64,000 nt of DNA. Source: Saccostrea echinata. Lineage: Eukaryota. A program made the position numbers and the translations under genes. The notes beneath the pieces were generated by a model. That model saw nothing but the letters and a program-made list of their open reading frames with translations, made no database searches and had not been told where the DNA came from. The stretch lies in contig NW_026889752.1 in the NCBI RefSeq assembly GCF_033153115.1, positions 8,928,001 to 8,992,000 on the forward strand, written 5' to 3'. Positions 35,451-48,110 of this stretch are shown piece after piece; position 1 is the stretch's first letter, and every line of letters begins with the position of its first letter.

Positions 35451-35523
35451 CATCGTCGGAAACCCACGGTCGGTCTCGCTTCTTTTCTTTTTTAGCGAGA
35501 CCGACCGTCGGTTTCCGACGATG
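35451..35523. mobile_element. 73-bp hairpin mini-element with 9-bp TSD (MULE-like MITE)
   Basis: 30-bp arms CATCGTCGGAAACCCACGGTCGGTCTCGCT / AGCGAGACCGACCGTCGGTTTCCGACGATG (1 mismatch); 13-nt T-rich spacer; GATGATGCG at 35442-50 and 35524-32. Confidence 0.8.
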
Positions 35524-36335
35524 GATGATGCGTGAATAAAAGGTTGCATACATTTGTCTTATATCTATTATTTATTAAGGAATGCCAAATCTCACTACAT
35601 GTATTTAATAACAATACTGACGAGTATTTAGAAACATTTCTTGTGTCATACGTGACGTCATTTGTCTTGACTAGACGCAGTACACGTGATCTAGAGGTTT
35701 AAAAATTACAAAAAATGCTTTATTAACTACAAAATCATCGGAAATTTTTAAATCTAATTATAAAGACTAAAACAAAACATTTCTCAAAAACAATTGTGTA
35801 TATAATTAATTTATAAAGACCTTATGAAGCTGCATAGCGTCAGAGAATGTAAAGAAAGTCGCTAAAACGATAATCATAACCCCGATAAACCTAAAAAAAT
35901 GTAAAGGTATACACTAGACCATTTATGCTGAATTTTTTAATTTTTCATGGTTATGAAATTTTTAAAATGTAAGAAATTCTAAAGCGCAAATGATTCATAA
36001 TATATTGTATTATTACGCCGAAATAAATCCACAAATAACAAATTTCAAACAACTTTACCACCCAATCTTATAAAAGCTGGGAAAACGTAAGATAAATTAA
36101 TATCAGAATTCTACATGTATATGCACTATTGCAATATTTAGGTTACAATGTTGCAAACGTACAGGTATGTATTTTTACAATGGGATGCAAATTTTATTAC
36201 ATATTTTAAGACAGATATACATGTAACTGCTTTTTTTTTAATTACATGTACAATACTGTTTTTCAAGCAAACTTACAATAAAGAATTTGTCGACGGGATA
36301 TAAAATTGGTCATTGAAACTTTTAAAAACGATTTG

Positions 36336-36942
36336 TCGATAAAATCTAGCTTATACATTCGTTTCAAAACATTTTAAATACACTTATCTTGTACATTATC
36401 ATGTATCTCCACTTTTTCAAAATTTATTATTAGGCTTGTGTTGTTTGTTTTTGCTATCTATAAAACTTTACTTTTAAAACAAACGTGAGACTTAAAACTT
36501 TAAAAATGGTAAAATATGTCAGTAAAGAAATACTTTCACAATGATAGTGGGCAGGACAGTAAGAAATATTAACAAACGGACACAATCATTTTTTGTTTAT
36601 TCAATAATGCTAAAAAAATACCGGTTTTCTGATTTCTAGTTTGTCGTACAATGGAAGGTGGCACAGCTTCGGGTGCATCGTCTCTTGTTTCAAACTTATG
36701 CTGCAGCGTCTTCGTCACCCATTTTGCTGATCGCGAAAGTGATTGCAAGTGTTAAGATGATTTTTTTTTTCTGATCTTATGAAGGCAAATGCTGTGGTCC
36801 CAATCAGAACATTTTTCCTCTGTATAATGGACGACTAAATGTACAGTCACACATAGGTATCGTCGGCGATGATGTATTTACTGTGAACATTTAGTCGCCA
36901 ATGTATTGCTTTGAAGAAAGTTGGCATAGTTTATGGGGTCTT

Positions 36943-36991
<49 letters not shown>

Positions 36992-38833
36992 CGCTTGTAT
37001 TATTTATGTTCCTTGAGCTCTTTATTTTCTTCGTTGACACCAAATTCTCTCCACTGCACTGGCGTCGAAGCCCAAAGCAACATTTTTCAAAAGAAGGGGC
37101 GCCCTAAAGACAAAATGACAGGCAAGCTTGTTCTTTGGGCCTGCATTGTTTTTCTTCAGGGGATGGAGTTATTATAATATTAGATAGGTTGAGATTTTAA
37201 ACTTGTACGTGTACGAGTGCACAAACTTTGACGTACACGTACACGTTTTTTGTAATTTGTCTGTTGAGATTTAATGACGTGTACCATGAACGTGTAGACT
37301 GTAATCAGTATCTCTTTTTTTCAACTGTTTAGCAGTTTTGTGACATTAGTTTAACTTTAGTTAGTAAACAAAACATGGTTAAAATAAGTTTTAATGAAAC
37401 TTAACATCCTCAATGATTAACAACAGTAACAGTTTCACACATAAATTGACTAGTTTATATTGAAAAGTCTATAAGTTTACACCTACGTGTAGATGCCTTT
37501 TTACAAGTTGTAGGAACGTGTAGAAAACTTATCAACACCAAAATTGATGACGTAATACGCAAGAAATTTAGGGAATTCCCCTACTAGACGTACCCGTACA
37601 CGTATGAAATCTCAACCTCTCTATTATCTATTGCTCATTGATAAAAAGTGGAAAATGATTGCATGAAATAAAAAACAAAAACATATAATGAGCTATANNN
37701 NNNNNNNNNNNNNNNNNNNNNNNNNNNNNNNNNNNNNNNNNNNNNNNNNNNNNNNNNNNNNNNNNNNNNNNNNNNNNNNNNNNNNNNNNNNNNNNNNNNN
37801 NNNNNNNNNNNNNNNNNNNNNNNNNNNNNNNNNNNNNNNNNNNNNNNNNNNNNNNNNNNNNNNNNNNNNNNNNNNNNNNNNNNNNNNNNNNNNNNNNNNN
37901 NNNNNNNNNNNNNNNNNNNNNNNNNNNNNNNNNNNNNNNNNNNNNNNNNNNNNNNNNNNNNNNNNNNNNNNNNNNNNNNGCAGGAAACTGTGTACACATT
38001 TTCCGCACGGTAAATCCCAACCTCCTCTTCGTTACTAAAGAATTGTTTTAAATGTACCAATTGAATAGGCATGGAATTGAATAGCTATTCAAAGTAATAA
38101 CTAAAAAGAACATTATTTCAATAGCATGTTCATTTTTGTTCTTGATCTTTTGATGTTTTTTTTAATATATTTAATTATTTAAAGGAAAAAAAAATATTTG
38201 TGTTACGTATCGATAAAAACTAACCTATACATTCGTTTCAAAACATTTTGAATATACTTGTACATTATCATGTTTCTCAACATTTTTAACGTTTATTCTT
38301 TAGGCTTGTTTCGTTTGTTTTGGCTATCTATAAAATCTCGCTTTACTGTTAAACCAAATGTTAAACTTAAAAGTTCAACATCTCTTTAAAAATGATAAAA
38401 CATATCAGTGAAGAATTACGATCACAATGATAGTGGTCAGGACATTAAGAACTGTAAACAAACGGACGCAATAATTTTTTTTAATGTTTTTTCAATAATG
38501 CTAAAAAAATTACTGGTTTTCTGATTTCTAGTTAGTCGAACGATGAAAAGTGACACATCGTCTATTTTTTATAACTTATGCAACGTCTTCGTCACCCATT
38601 TCGCAGATCTCGAAAGCGATTGCAAGGATTTAGATATTTTTTTCTGATCTTTTGAAGTCAAATGCTGTGGTTATCTGCGGGAAAATGAGCCGAAAAAAAC
38701 ATTTTTCCTCTGTATAATGGACGACTAAATGCACAGTCACACATAGGTATATATTGTCGTCGGCGATGATGTATTTACTGTGAACATTTAGTCGCCAATG
38801 TATTGCTTTGAAGAAATATAGTAAATTGAGTCT

Positions 38834-38868
<35 letters not shown>

Positions 38869-40010
38869 TGACAGACACGCACATATACACACACAAACTC
38901 AGCCGCACACACCTCCACCCTCCCTTCATCTGCATCAACCCACCCACACACACACACATAAACAAACACAAAGAAAGAGAGAGATACGCTTGTATTATTT
39001 ATGTTTCTTGAGCATATTATTTTATTTGTTGACACCAAATGCTCTCCACTGCACTGACATAAAGTACACACACACACAAAGAAGGGGAGAGAGAGATACG
39101 CTTGTATTATTTATGTTTCTTGAGCATATTATTTTATTCGTTGACACCAAATGCTTTCTAGTGCACTGGCATCAAAGCCCAAGGTAACTTTTTTTCAAAA
39201 GGGGAAAAGGGGAAGATCAGCCTAAAAACAAAATGACAAGCAAGCTTGTTCTACGGGCCTGCATTTTCTTACTTCATGGAATGAAGGTATTATATTATCT
39301 GTTGCTCATTAATAAAAAGTGGAAAATGATCGCATAAAATTAAAATAAATAAACATATAATGAACTATAGAAAATAATACAATATGGATACAAGTAAATT
39401 TCCATTTGTATCATTACATGTAAGAAAGTGTGTACACATTTTTTTTCGCATGGTAAATCCCATCCTCCTCATCCAGACTAAAGAATTGTTTTTTATGTAT
39501 CAACTGAATAGCATAGAACTGAATAGCAATTCAAAGTAAATTTTAGAAAAGAACCTTATTTCAATAGCATGTTCATTTTTTCCCTTGATCCTTTGATGCT
39601 TTTTTTTTATATGTTTCACTATTTAAAAAAAAAATTGTAAAAAAAATCGATAAAATCTAGCTTATACATTCGTTTCAAAACATTTTAAATACGCTTGTCT
39701 TGTACAATATAATGTTTCTCAGCATTTTCAAAGTTTTTTAAGCTTGTTTTGTTTGTTTTGGCTATCTATAAAATGTCGTTTTACTGTTAATCCAAACGTG
39801 AGACTTAAAATTCATCTCATTAAAAATGATAAAATATATCACTGAAGAATTACTATCACAATGATAGTGGTAAGACAGTAAGAACTGTTAATAAACGAAC
39901 ACAATCACTTTTTACGTTTATTCAATAATGCTAAAAATAAATAACCGGTTTTCTGATTTCTAGTTTGTTGTAGAATGTACAATGAAGATGGCACAGCTTC
40001 GGGTGCATCT
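36336..40010. repeat. Tandem duplication of a ~1.4-kb unit (2 full copies + 1 partial)
   Basis: The unit start tcgataaaa..(c/t)a.c.tatacattcgtttcaaaac recurs at ~36336, ~38210 and ~39647, with colinear downstream sequence. Confidence 0.85.
37182..37622. mobile_element. MITE with 3-bp ATT TSD (PIF/Harbinger-ISL2EU group)
   Basis: AGATAGGTTGAGATTT...AAATCTCAACCTCTCT; ATT at 37179-81 and 37623-25; absent from the sister repeat unit (~39290). Confidence 0.8.
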
Positions 40011-40026
40011 TCTCTCTCTCTCTCTA

Positions 40027-40064
<38 letters not shown>

Positions 40065-40960
40065 AGGTTACTTTTTACTTTGATCGTTCTATTCTGTTAA
40101 AATTCTGTTTATTCTACGGAAGCACATACCCTCGGCATAACAAATGGCAAGAGAATGAGTACAGTGTATTATGAAATAAATGTTACTGAACAAGTCCAAC
40201 AGACAACCTCAAGCCTTTAGATATTTTTGTTCTTCAAGTTATGTCACTCAAGCTCCTGTTCACTTTTAACACTATCGTCGGTGTACACGTGCATGTGGTA
40301 CAAAAATAAAACGTCGTCACAATGAATATTCAAAGGAAACAGAAAGGATACAATATAACAAGAAATAAACATGTGTACGTATACAAATTGTAACAACAGA
40401 CACACAAGAAAGAAAAAGTATGAACAATAATTTGGATATAATATCTAAAAAGAAATGCATTACTTGGTCATTTTACTGACATTGTAGGGATGTGCAAAAC
40501 AACTAGAAGAAAAAACTGATCTATGTCGATTCCTTTTTTACAATTGCCAATGATGCATTGACTTTTTACCTGCACATCTACTAACACGCTGATTCGATAA
40601 TTTCTTTTGAAGTTTTTTCACGCTCTAGGCATAGCAAATGTAAACATGGGGCTTCTTTGACTTTGCTGTGCATACGGAAAAGCTGGAATAAATACACAAG
40701 ACATGGCAGATTTATTTGACTGGTAATTTGTTCTCTGGTTACCAAGATCAATTGTGTTCTTGCAACATTTCCTTATCACAATTGATCTAATATAATACAC
40801 GTCCCTTTTTGACTTTGAGTTGCAGTAACATACATGTAATGATATATATATAAAAAAAAAAACAAAGACAAAAATGAATTCAAAACTGAATTATACGAAC
40901 TTCATGATTTGTAAAAAATACTAATTGTGAAAACTCCAGGAATTATATTAAAGGTAACAA

Positions 40961-41307
40961 GCCGTCACGGTAGCTCAGTCGGTAAAGCGTTCGCTCCGTG
41001 ATCGGAAGGTCGTGTGTTCGAATCACAGCCGCGATTGACCTAAATCGATAAGAAGTAGGTAGCAACTGTTCCTTCGCCAAGCGCGTTGCACTTTGAATTG
41101 AAACATGCGGGTCTTTAGGATGACACCTTAAAAACTGAGGCCCCGTTTCACAGTAGGCGTTGGCACGATAAAGAACCCTCACTGCTCAGAGATCCTGAGT
41201 GCCGAGCAAAGGTCTAAATTTGGAGCCCTTCGCCGGTATATGGTGACGTCCCTATATGAGTTAGAAATTCTCAAACGGGACGTAAAACAACATACAATCA
41301 ATTAATC
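40961..41307 (+). mobile_element. tRNA-derived SINE inserted just downstream of the actin 2 stop codon
   Basis: A and B boxes; shared body; perfect 16-bp TSD ATATTAAAGGTAACAA (40945-60, 41308-23). Confidence 0.92.
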
Positions 41308-41327
41308 ATATTAAAGGTAACAAAGAT

Positions 41328-43146
41328 CTAAAAGCATTTTCTATGCACAATAGAAGGGCCGAATTCGTCATATTCCTGTTTGCTCATCCACATCTGTTGG
41401 AAAGTGGAGAGGGAGGCAAGGATAGAACCACCAATCCAGACGGAGTATTTTCTCTCAGGTGGAGCAATTATCTTAACCTTCACTGATTGGGGAGCTAAAG
41501 CTACGATTTCTCTTTGCATACGGTCTACAATACCTGGGTACATAGATGAACCGCCAGACAATATTGTATTTGCATACAAGTCATTTCTGATATCAACATC
41601 GCATTTCATAATGCTGTAATGTATTGTTTCATGAACACCAGAAAATTCCATTCCAAGAAAGGATGGTTGAAATATGGTTTCTGGGCATCTGAATCGCTCA
41701 TTTCCAATAGTTATGACCTGACCATCAGGAAGCTCGTAATTTTTTTCAAGGGATGATGTTGAAGCAGCTGTTCCCATTTCCTTTTCAAAATCGAGAGCAA
41801 CATAGCATAGTTTTTCTTTAATATCTCTGACGATTTCTCTTTCAGCTGTGGTTGTGAAAGAGTAACCACGTTCAGTGAGAATTTTCATGAGATAATCGGT
41901 AAGATCACGTCCAGCAAGATCCAATCTCAAGATGGCATGTGGAAGGGCGTAACCCTCATAAATGGGAACTGTGTGTGTGACACCGTCTCCAGAGTCCAGT
42001 ACGATTCCAGTTGTACGACCAGAGGCATACAAAGAGAGAACAGCTTGAATAGCTACGTACATAGCGGGAGAATTAAAGGTTTCAAACATTATCTGTGTCA
42101 TATTTTCTCTGTTGGCCTTGGGGTTGAGTGGGGCCTCTGTCAGTAAAACAGAATATTCCTCTGGGGAGACACGGAGTTCACTATAGAAAATATGATGCCA
42201 GATCTTCTCCATGTCGTCCCAATTAGTTACGATGCCGTGTTCAATAGGGTATTTAAGAGTTAGAATACCTCTCTTGCTCTGGGCCTCGTCCCCAACATAA
42301 CAGTCTTTCGGAGCTATGCCAACTATAGCGGTCTGAGAAAAGAAAAGATCTTGTAAACATCGATAAACAATGTTTACTAGATAATCGCTTCATCTTAATT
42401 GAAAAACAACAACACTGTAGTCAAAATCTTTTGCACTTTAGAATTTAAAACAATTTAGAAGTGCCTTGATCTGCTTGAAACCCGATGTGTGCTTTTTTGT
42501 ATTTACGTTTTTCGTAGCATACGTAGTTCTTAGAGGACTCGTATTTGAAAGTGTTTCTCAATTTTATACAAGTTGCTAGTAATAGTTCCTTTACATTTAA
42601 TTCTTAACTTTTATGAAAAGCAGCGTGGAATTCGATATATACAATATGACCTTGAGATATTTTAAAGGTAAATGATAAAATCAAGAGTATACATTTACAA
42701 CNNNNNNNNNNNNNNNNNNNNNNNNNNNNNNNNNNNNNNNNNNNNNNNNNNNNNNNNNNNNNNNNNNNNNNNNNNNNNNNNNNNNNNNNNNNNNNNNNNN
42801 NNNNNNNNNNNNNNNNNNNNNNNNNNNNNNNNNNNNNNNNNNNNNNNNNNNNNNNNNNTTTTGTACTTTTGACTTTAATGAATATATCAATGTGAAAGGA
42901 CGTAAATGTTATGTTGCAGCTGTACAAAGCAATCTTAAACTCGGCAACATAAAAAAATTATCATCAGATATTGAATGTGAAAAAAACAATTTTTATTTTT
43001 GATAAATTGAGCTTTTTCATTACCTGTCTAGGGCGCCCAACAATGGAAGGGAACACAGCTCCGGGGGTATCGTCCCCAGCGAATCCAGCCTTACACATTC
43101 CAGATCCATTATCTATAACTAAAGCTGGAACGTTTTCGTCACCCAT
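41328..43146 (-). CDS. Actin (divergent), 2 coding exons: 43146-43024 and 42332-41328; 375 aa
   Basis: Exon 1 [16 protein letters not shown]...GRPRQ|GT (41 codons); acceptor ttttctcAG at 42333-34; exon 2 [18 protein letters not shown]...IVHRKCF* in frame. The intron contains an N-gap. Confidence 0.92.
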
Positions 43147-43257
43147 TTTTCAGATGTTTAAAATTTACTGCTCATATGTCAGAGTAAGAAGAGGATTTCT
43201 TGGAAACCCGAGAAAACCAGTCCTTATGATTATTTTTAAGTCCAGCACATAAAATTG

Positions 43258-43267
43258 CCTTATATTG
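43258..43267. promoter_or_regulatory. CArG-like box (1 mismatch) upstream of actin 2
   Basis: CCTTATATTG, 112 bp upstream of the ATG, in the same ttgCC context as actin 1. Confidence 0.5.
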
Positions 43268-43767
43268 CAAAAGAATTGTTACAAAATGAAAATATTGTAT
43301 ATTTTAACATGAAACCTAACACGCAAGGATTTTGTGTGTCATATATGAAATGCACATTTTGTATGAATGCAGTTCTATGAAATCAGCTGACTTTTTACAG
43401 CGCATCTTTTTAATATCACAAAAATCAAAATATCAAGTCATGAAGTTGCTGGAAAGTGCAACAACCAACAACCATGTAAATGTGCCCTGTCACATTAGTC
43501 AATAGAGTTGAATCTTTATCTTTATAAGTTAACTTACATTTCATTTATTCTCCATTTTCTTTTTTTCCTATATTCGATATGAAAGACATTACTCAAAAGA
43601 TTTCATAAAGATTTCACTAGCTTAACTGAGGATATTCTGACAAGAAAAGGTGCTATGGAGTAACAGAAAAGAATCTTGCATGCTTTTTTCTGTCATTGTA
43701 AATTCAGAGGTTATATTTTACAAACAATATTTAACAAGCAGTATTTGAATAGAATATTACGTTATTG

Positions 43768-45038
43768 TTATACCCTTATAAATATCTTTCTTTATATTTA
43801 TTACCAATAAAAAGTTCAACAAAATATATGTTTTTGCATCAGTCTAACAATGTCATTGTTGATCGGTCTTTCAGTCTAACATAAGAATTATTAGACCGCA
43901 ATGTCCCTACGTCACAGGTAATTGTCGTTCAATTTCGGCGACACGGAAATAACCGAAGTTCAGTGCTGCAAGAGTTATCATTTGCCTGAAAGATTTAAGA
44001 TGGCGTCACTGAAAGATGTTTCCCACTATAGACGAAAGTGAAATTGAATATATACTTAACGAAAGAGACAGTAAAAACACTAAAGTCGTCATACGATCAA
44101 CTGAAAACATTTTGAATGAATTTTTAATGTGTACACGTGGTTCTTCTCTCTCGGAATTAAGCTTAAAATCGAATGTCGAAATGTACTGAGGATGTACTGA
44201 GGAAATTCTACTACAAGATGGATCGATGTACGCAAAGTCTTTGATGATATTCTTGAGGTTTGGTCTTCAAAAGTCATTCATGAAATCAAATAACACTGAC
44301 AGTGTAAAACAATGAATAATTTAGTCGAGCTTAAATAAAGAGGGAAGGGAGTGGAGAAGTAAAACATAAAAATATCATTAGTGATGGAGACATGGAAAAC
44401 TGTACGATTGTAGTGTGTTTAGTGTAGATAATCCCAACACTTTGTAGTGGAAGGTTGTTTTTTCGAAATAATGTTACATTTTTGTAACAAAATGCGTGAA
44501 AACCTCAGAAACATGGGAAAGGATGATGTCATTAATGTGGATGCGGATGGAAGGGGTTTTATTGTCAGTAATGTATCCCGACTCACAAAGAACGACAGTG
44601 GAGACTGATGATGCTGCTTGCATGTATGAGCAAACACGGCATGTAGATTATTCTTGTTATAATTAAAAATATTTAAAAAATATTGGAATAAAACCATATA
44701 AAAATTATTTTCTTTTGAAAACCATTTTAGGAAACCACAGCTGTCCAGTGGCAAGCTTTAAAATATACAAGCAAGAAGTGAATCCAAAATGCAAGTCATT
44801 GTAGCAAAGACCAAAATTCCTGCCAACTTCATTCGACCCTGATAACCTTGACTTGTGGTATGACAATATGGTGGTGGGCAAGAATACACTTGAGAAATTT
44901 ATGCAGATAATCAGCAGAAAGGCAAAACGTGCCACAATATTCACTTATCATTCTATAAGAGCCACAGACATTACGATCAGGGACGAATCGGGATATAAAT
45001 CTAGACATATAATGGGGATATCAAAGCATAATGTTTGA
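43768..45038 (+). pseudogene. Degenerate Crypton (tyrosine recombinase) relic
   Basis: FPTIDESEIEYILNERDSKNT, MRENLR, CPVASF, WYDNMVVGKNTL...TYHSIRAT...RHIMGISKH, homologous to 30291-31693; many stops and frameshifts. Confidence 0.8.
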
Positions 45039-45290
45039 TAACTGTTTTATCCCATTTTAATCCCAGATGCAATGAATTTTAAAAACAATTAATTACATTA
45101 GAAGGCGAGTATTTGTCACAATCTATGTATATACATAGATGCAAATACCCCGACGGATCCCAGGGAAACGCTACCTGCCTACCGGGATGATTTCCATAAG
45201 AACCTTGCGCGATAGCGCCCCCACAGGCTGTGGTGGGAACAGACCTCTGGGTGCCCCAACAAGATTGAGCGCCTCACCAAATGAATAAAT

Positions 45291-45685
45291 ATTTCAGTAA
45301 TCTCAGGTTCAATCAAGGGTGTACGGGGATTTACCCCGGGTTTTATTCTATACACCATTTGGCCAAACTGAGGCCGAAGGGTGTATGGAATAAAATCGGG
45401 GGTAAATCCCTGTACACCCTTGATTGAACCTGGATAACGAATTTATTTCCTATGTACCCAAATAAATTCTTTGTAAAGAAGTCCAATCAACTGTGTTTCA
45501 AGCTATCGATAAGATTTACTACATCCTACAATGCATCGTGACGTCATGTTATTTGCTTTTTATCATAGTGAAACTATGCATTGTGACGACACGTTTTTTA
45601 CCCCCGGCTGAAGTCGTGTGTACGGAAATTTACACCCGGTTTGCTAACCAATCAAATCTCGTGTTACAAGTTAGATAGAAAATAA
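45291..45685 (-). mobile_element. Non-autonomous Crypton-type element with terminal palindrome (same family as 63047)
   Basis: Reverse-complement match to 63047-63414, including the ~55-bp-arm palindrome at ~45297-45438. Confidence 0.75.
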
Positions 45686-47371
45686 AAGTTCTGACTCGGG
45701 TCCTAACTCTATCCTGCCTCCCCTGGTATTCAACAACTACATGGAGAAAATACCCCCAGAGGTGGGCCCCAAAGCTTGCCCTTGGTACCTGCAAGGATAA
45801 AGTTGGTCCCTCAGGTACCACTGAGGTAACCCTCATAGTACTGAGGATGGATTGCCCAGGGTTTTGATCCAGACATGAGAATTCCCCAAATGAACTTGTC
45901 TTTACAAGTCCATCCGCCACAAACGCGTTATGTGTATACCTGTAAGTTTTTAATTCGTTCCAGTTACCCACCTGACCTTCTGTCAATTTAAAAGTTTATA
46001 AATGTACATATATAGTATACACTTGTGAGAGAACTATTCCATGCCATCCGGGATTATACTTATATCAAACCAAATAATAGACATACTTTGGACCAATAAC
46101 TTGCAACATAAGAATAAATATTTTGTACTTTGAAACAGTACTGTTTCTGTCGAGATGCCCAGGTCATTGAAACCTATGTTTACCATCCAAGTGCATTTGA
46201 ATTGAAATTAAAATTGATAATTTTAGAAGTTGGACTTTGATTTTTAACAAAGAGTAAAACTCCTTCAATCGAATTCCCTGAATCCCCACCCAAATATGTA
46301 TATATCTATTTTTTTTACCTTACCTATCTTTTTATCAGTGAGGGCTTTTCCCTCAAGAACAAGTGGTACATGTATCACTATTTGTAGCTCAGAATCATAT
46401 AAATGACATAACCCAGACTACATTACTTAAACCTAGAATACTTGAAATTTTTATATGCATAGATGTATGAAAAGATGAATCTCAAAAATTGAAATTGAGA
46501 TGTAATATTGCATTTACACAAATCCCACACACATGTATGAGACATGGCTTTCATCTACCAAATTGTTTGATTACTTAATCAGGAATGCCCCTGCTGCTGA
46601 AATGAGTGTGATCTAAAACGACACTTGTTTATGTTACAGAAACCGATATAGGAGTTATAATAGCTTCAAGGGCTTAACTCTGCTCTGCTATATTATATAA
46701 ATTGTAACATGACTATTTGATTTAAAGAAGCTGGCCAAGTTCACGGTAAGTTAAACAAATAGCTGAAATTATTGAAATACTTTGTGTGTCCATGATGGAT
46801 ATGCTTGATGACTAGAGGCCCCAAATAGGATCTGCAGTTTAATTTGATATAGTAATAAGGAATTCTGCTTGAAATAGGGGATAATAAGTTCCATTTTTCT
46901 AAGCAATAGCTTGACTTAAGCAGAATTGACTTTTTGCACGCGCAGACCGATTGCTTGTCAATATGGAGTAACTTTCTGTTGGTACCCCACACTAAATATA
47001 AATATCAAAATCCAGAAACGTCATTTTACCCAATTCTAACAAATGATATGGCGATCAATCTGAATCACTTATGGGACATATTACATATGGGACCAAATGA
47101 CAAATGTTTGTCAAAATGGGATTTGTCATAGCAGTTAATGCCTAAAAAAGGAAGGGGGGGGGGAGTAGATGAGTAACAAATAAATGCCCTCTTAAGGTAC
47201 CCTGTCCCAATAGCTTAATCATCAAAACAGCTTCATTTGTTTTACTTCACTTAACTGTATTTATATCCAGGTCAAGGAAAATCATCTGAATCGTATAAAT
47301 GATGAATTAAGTGAAAACCATATACTTCACCTTCTTCATCGTCAAATCTCTTTATTTATATAGTTATATCC

Positions 47372-48110
47372 CACTGTTATCTTCATTTGGTGTTTACATC
47401 TCCCATCTTATGACCTTGTCAGCGAATCTTGATACAATCTATCATTACGTCAAATGTTGACTGGCGTTTTTCATTATAATTGTTAGGCCATTATTTACAA
47501 GGAGCACACGGCAGGTGTAACCGGTCGGCAGGGGTTGCTCACTCCTCCATGGCACCTGATACCACCTCTGATGTTTTAGAGGTCAGTGTTTACTCTGCTC
47601 CTGATCTGTGTTGTTTGAATGGACTTTTGAGTTTGAAAACTGTTCGTTATCTTCATATACACTGTACATGTATTTCATATTCTTGCATGTTCTAAATACG
47701 ATCAATCTTTAAATCGAGGCAAGCTACTGACAGATAAATGATTTTACACATGTAATAAAGATTTCAACAACCTCATTTAAAGTCAGCATTTCGTAAATTC
47801 TATGGTCGTTATAATGACCTTGTTAGCAAATATAACCTGTCATTGGGTCAAATGTTGGCTGACGTGTTTCATAGCAATTGTTAAGCATTTGTTTTTATAT
47901 TGAATTTGATTACGGAATGTTCTGTCTACCTGATCTATACATAGGGATTACGGTGGGTGTGACCGGTCAACAGAGTATGCTTAGTTTTAGCGGGTACCTG
48001 ATCACGCTTCTGGAATTTCCAGGGGTCTGTGTTTTAAGCCCAATTTACAAATTTGTTACTGTTTATAGATTTTGTATTCGATCACCCTTCGTTATCTTCG
48101 CCTTTTTCAT
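47372..48110 (+). mobile_element. Two adjacent 5'-truncated Naiad 3' ends (47372-47659; 47694-48110)
   Basis: KSAFRKFYGRYNDLVSKYN remnant, the pLTR motif, and the terminal ttcgttatcttc motif. Confidence 0.8.

Noticed and set aside
40961-41035. tRNA genes here and at 29051 and 26622
   Set aside because: The tRNA-like heads continue into shared SINE bodies with tails and TSDs, and the acceptor stems are not intact.
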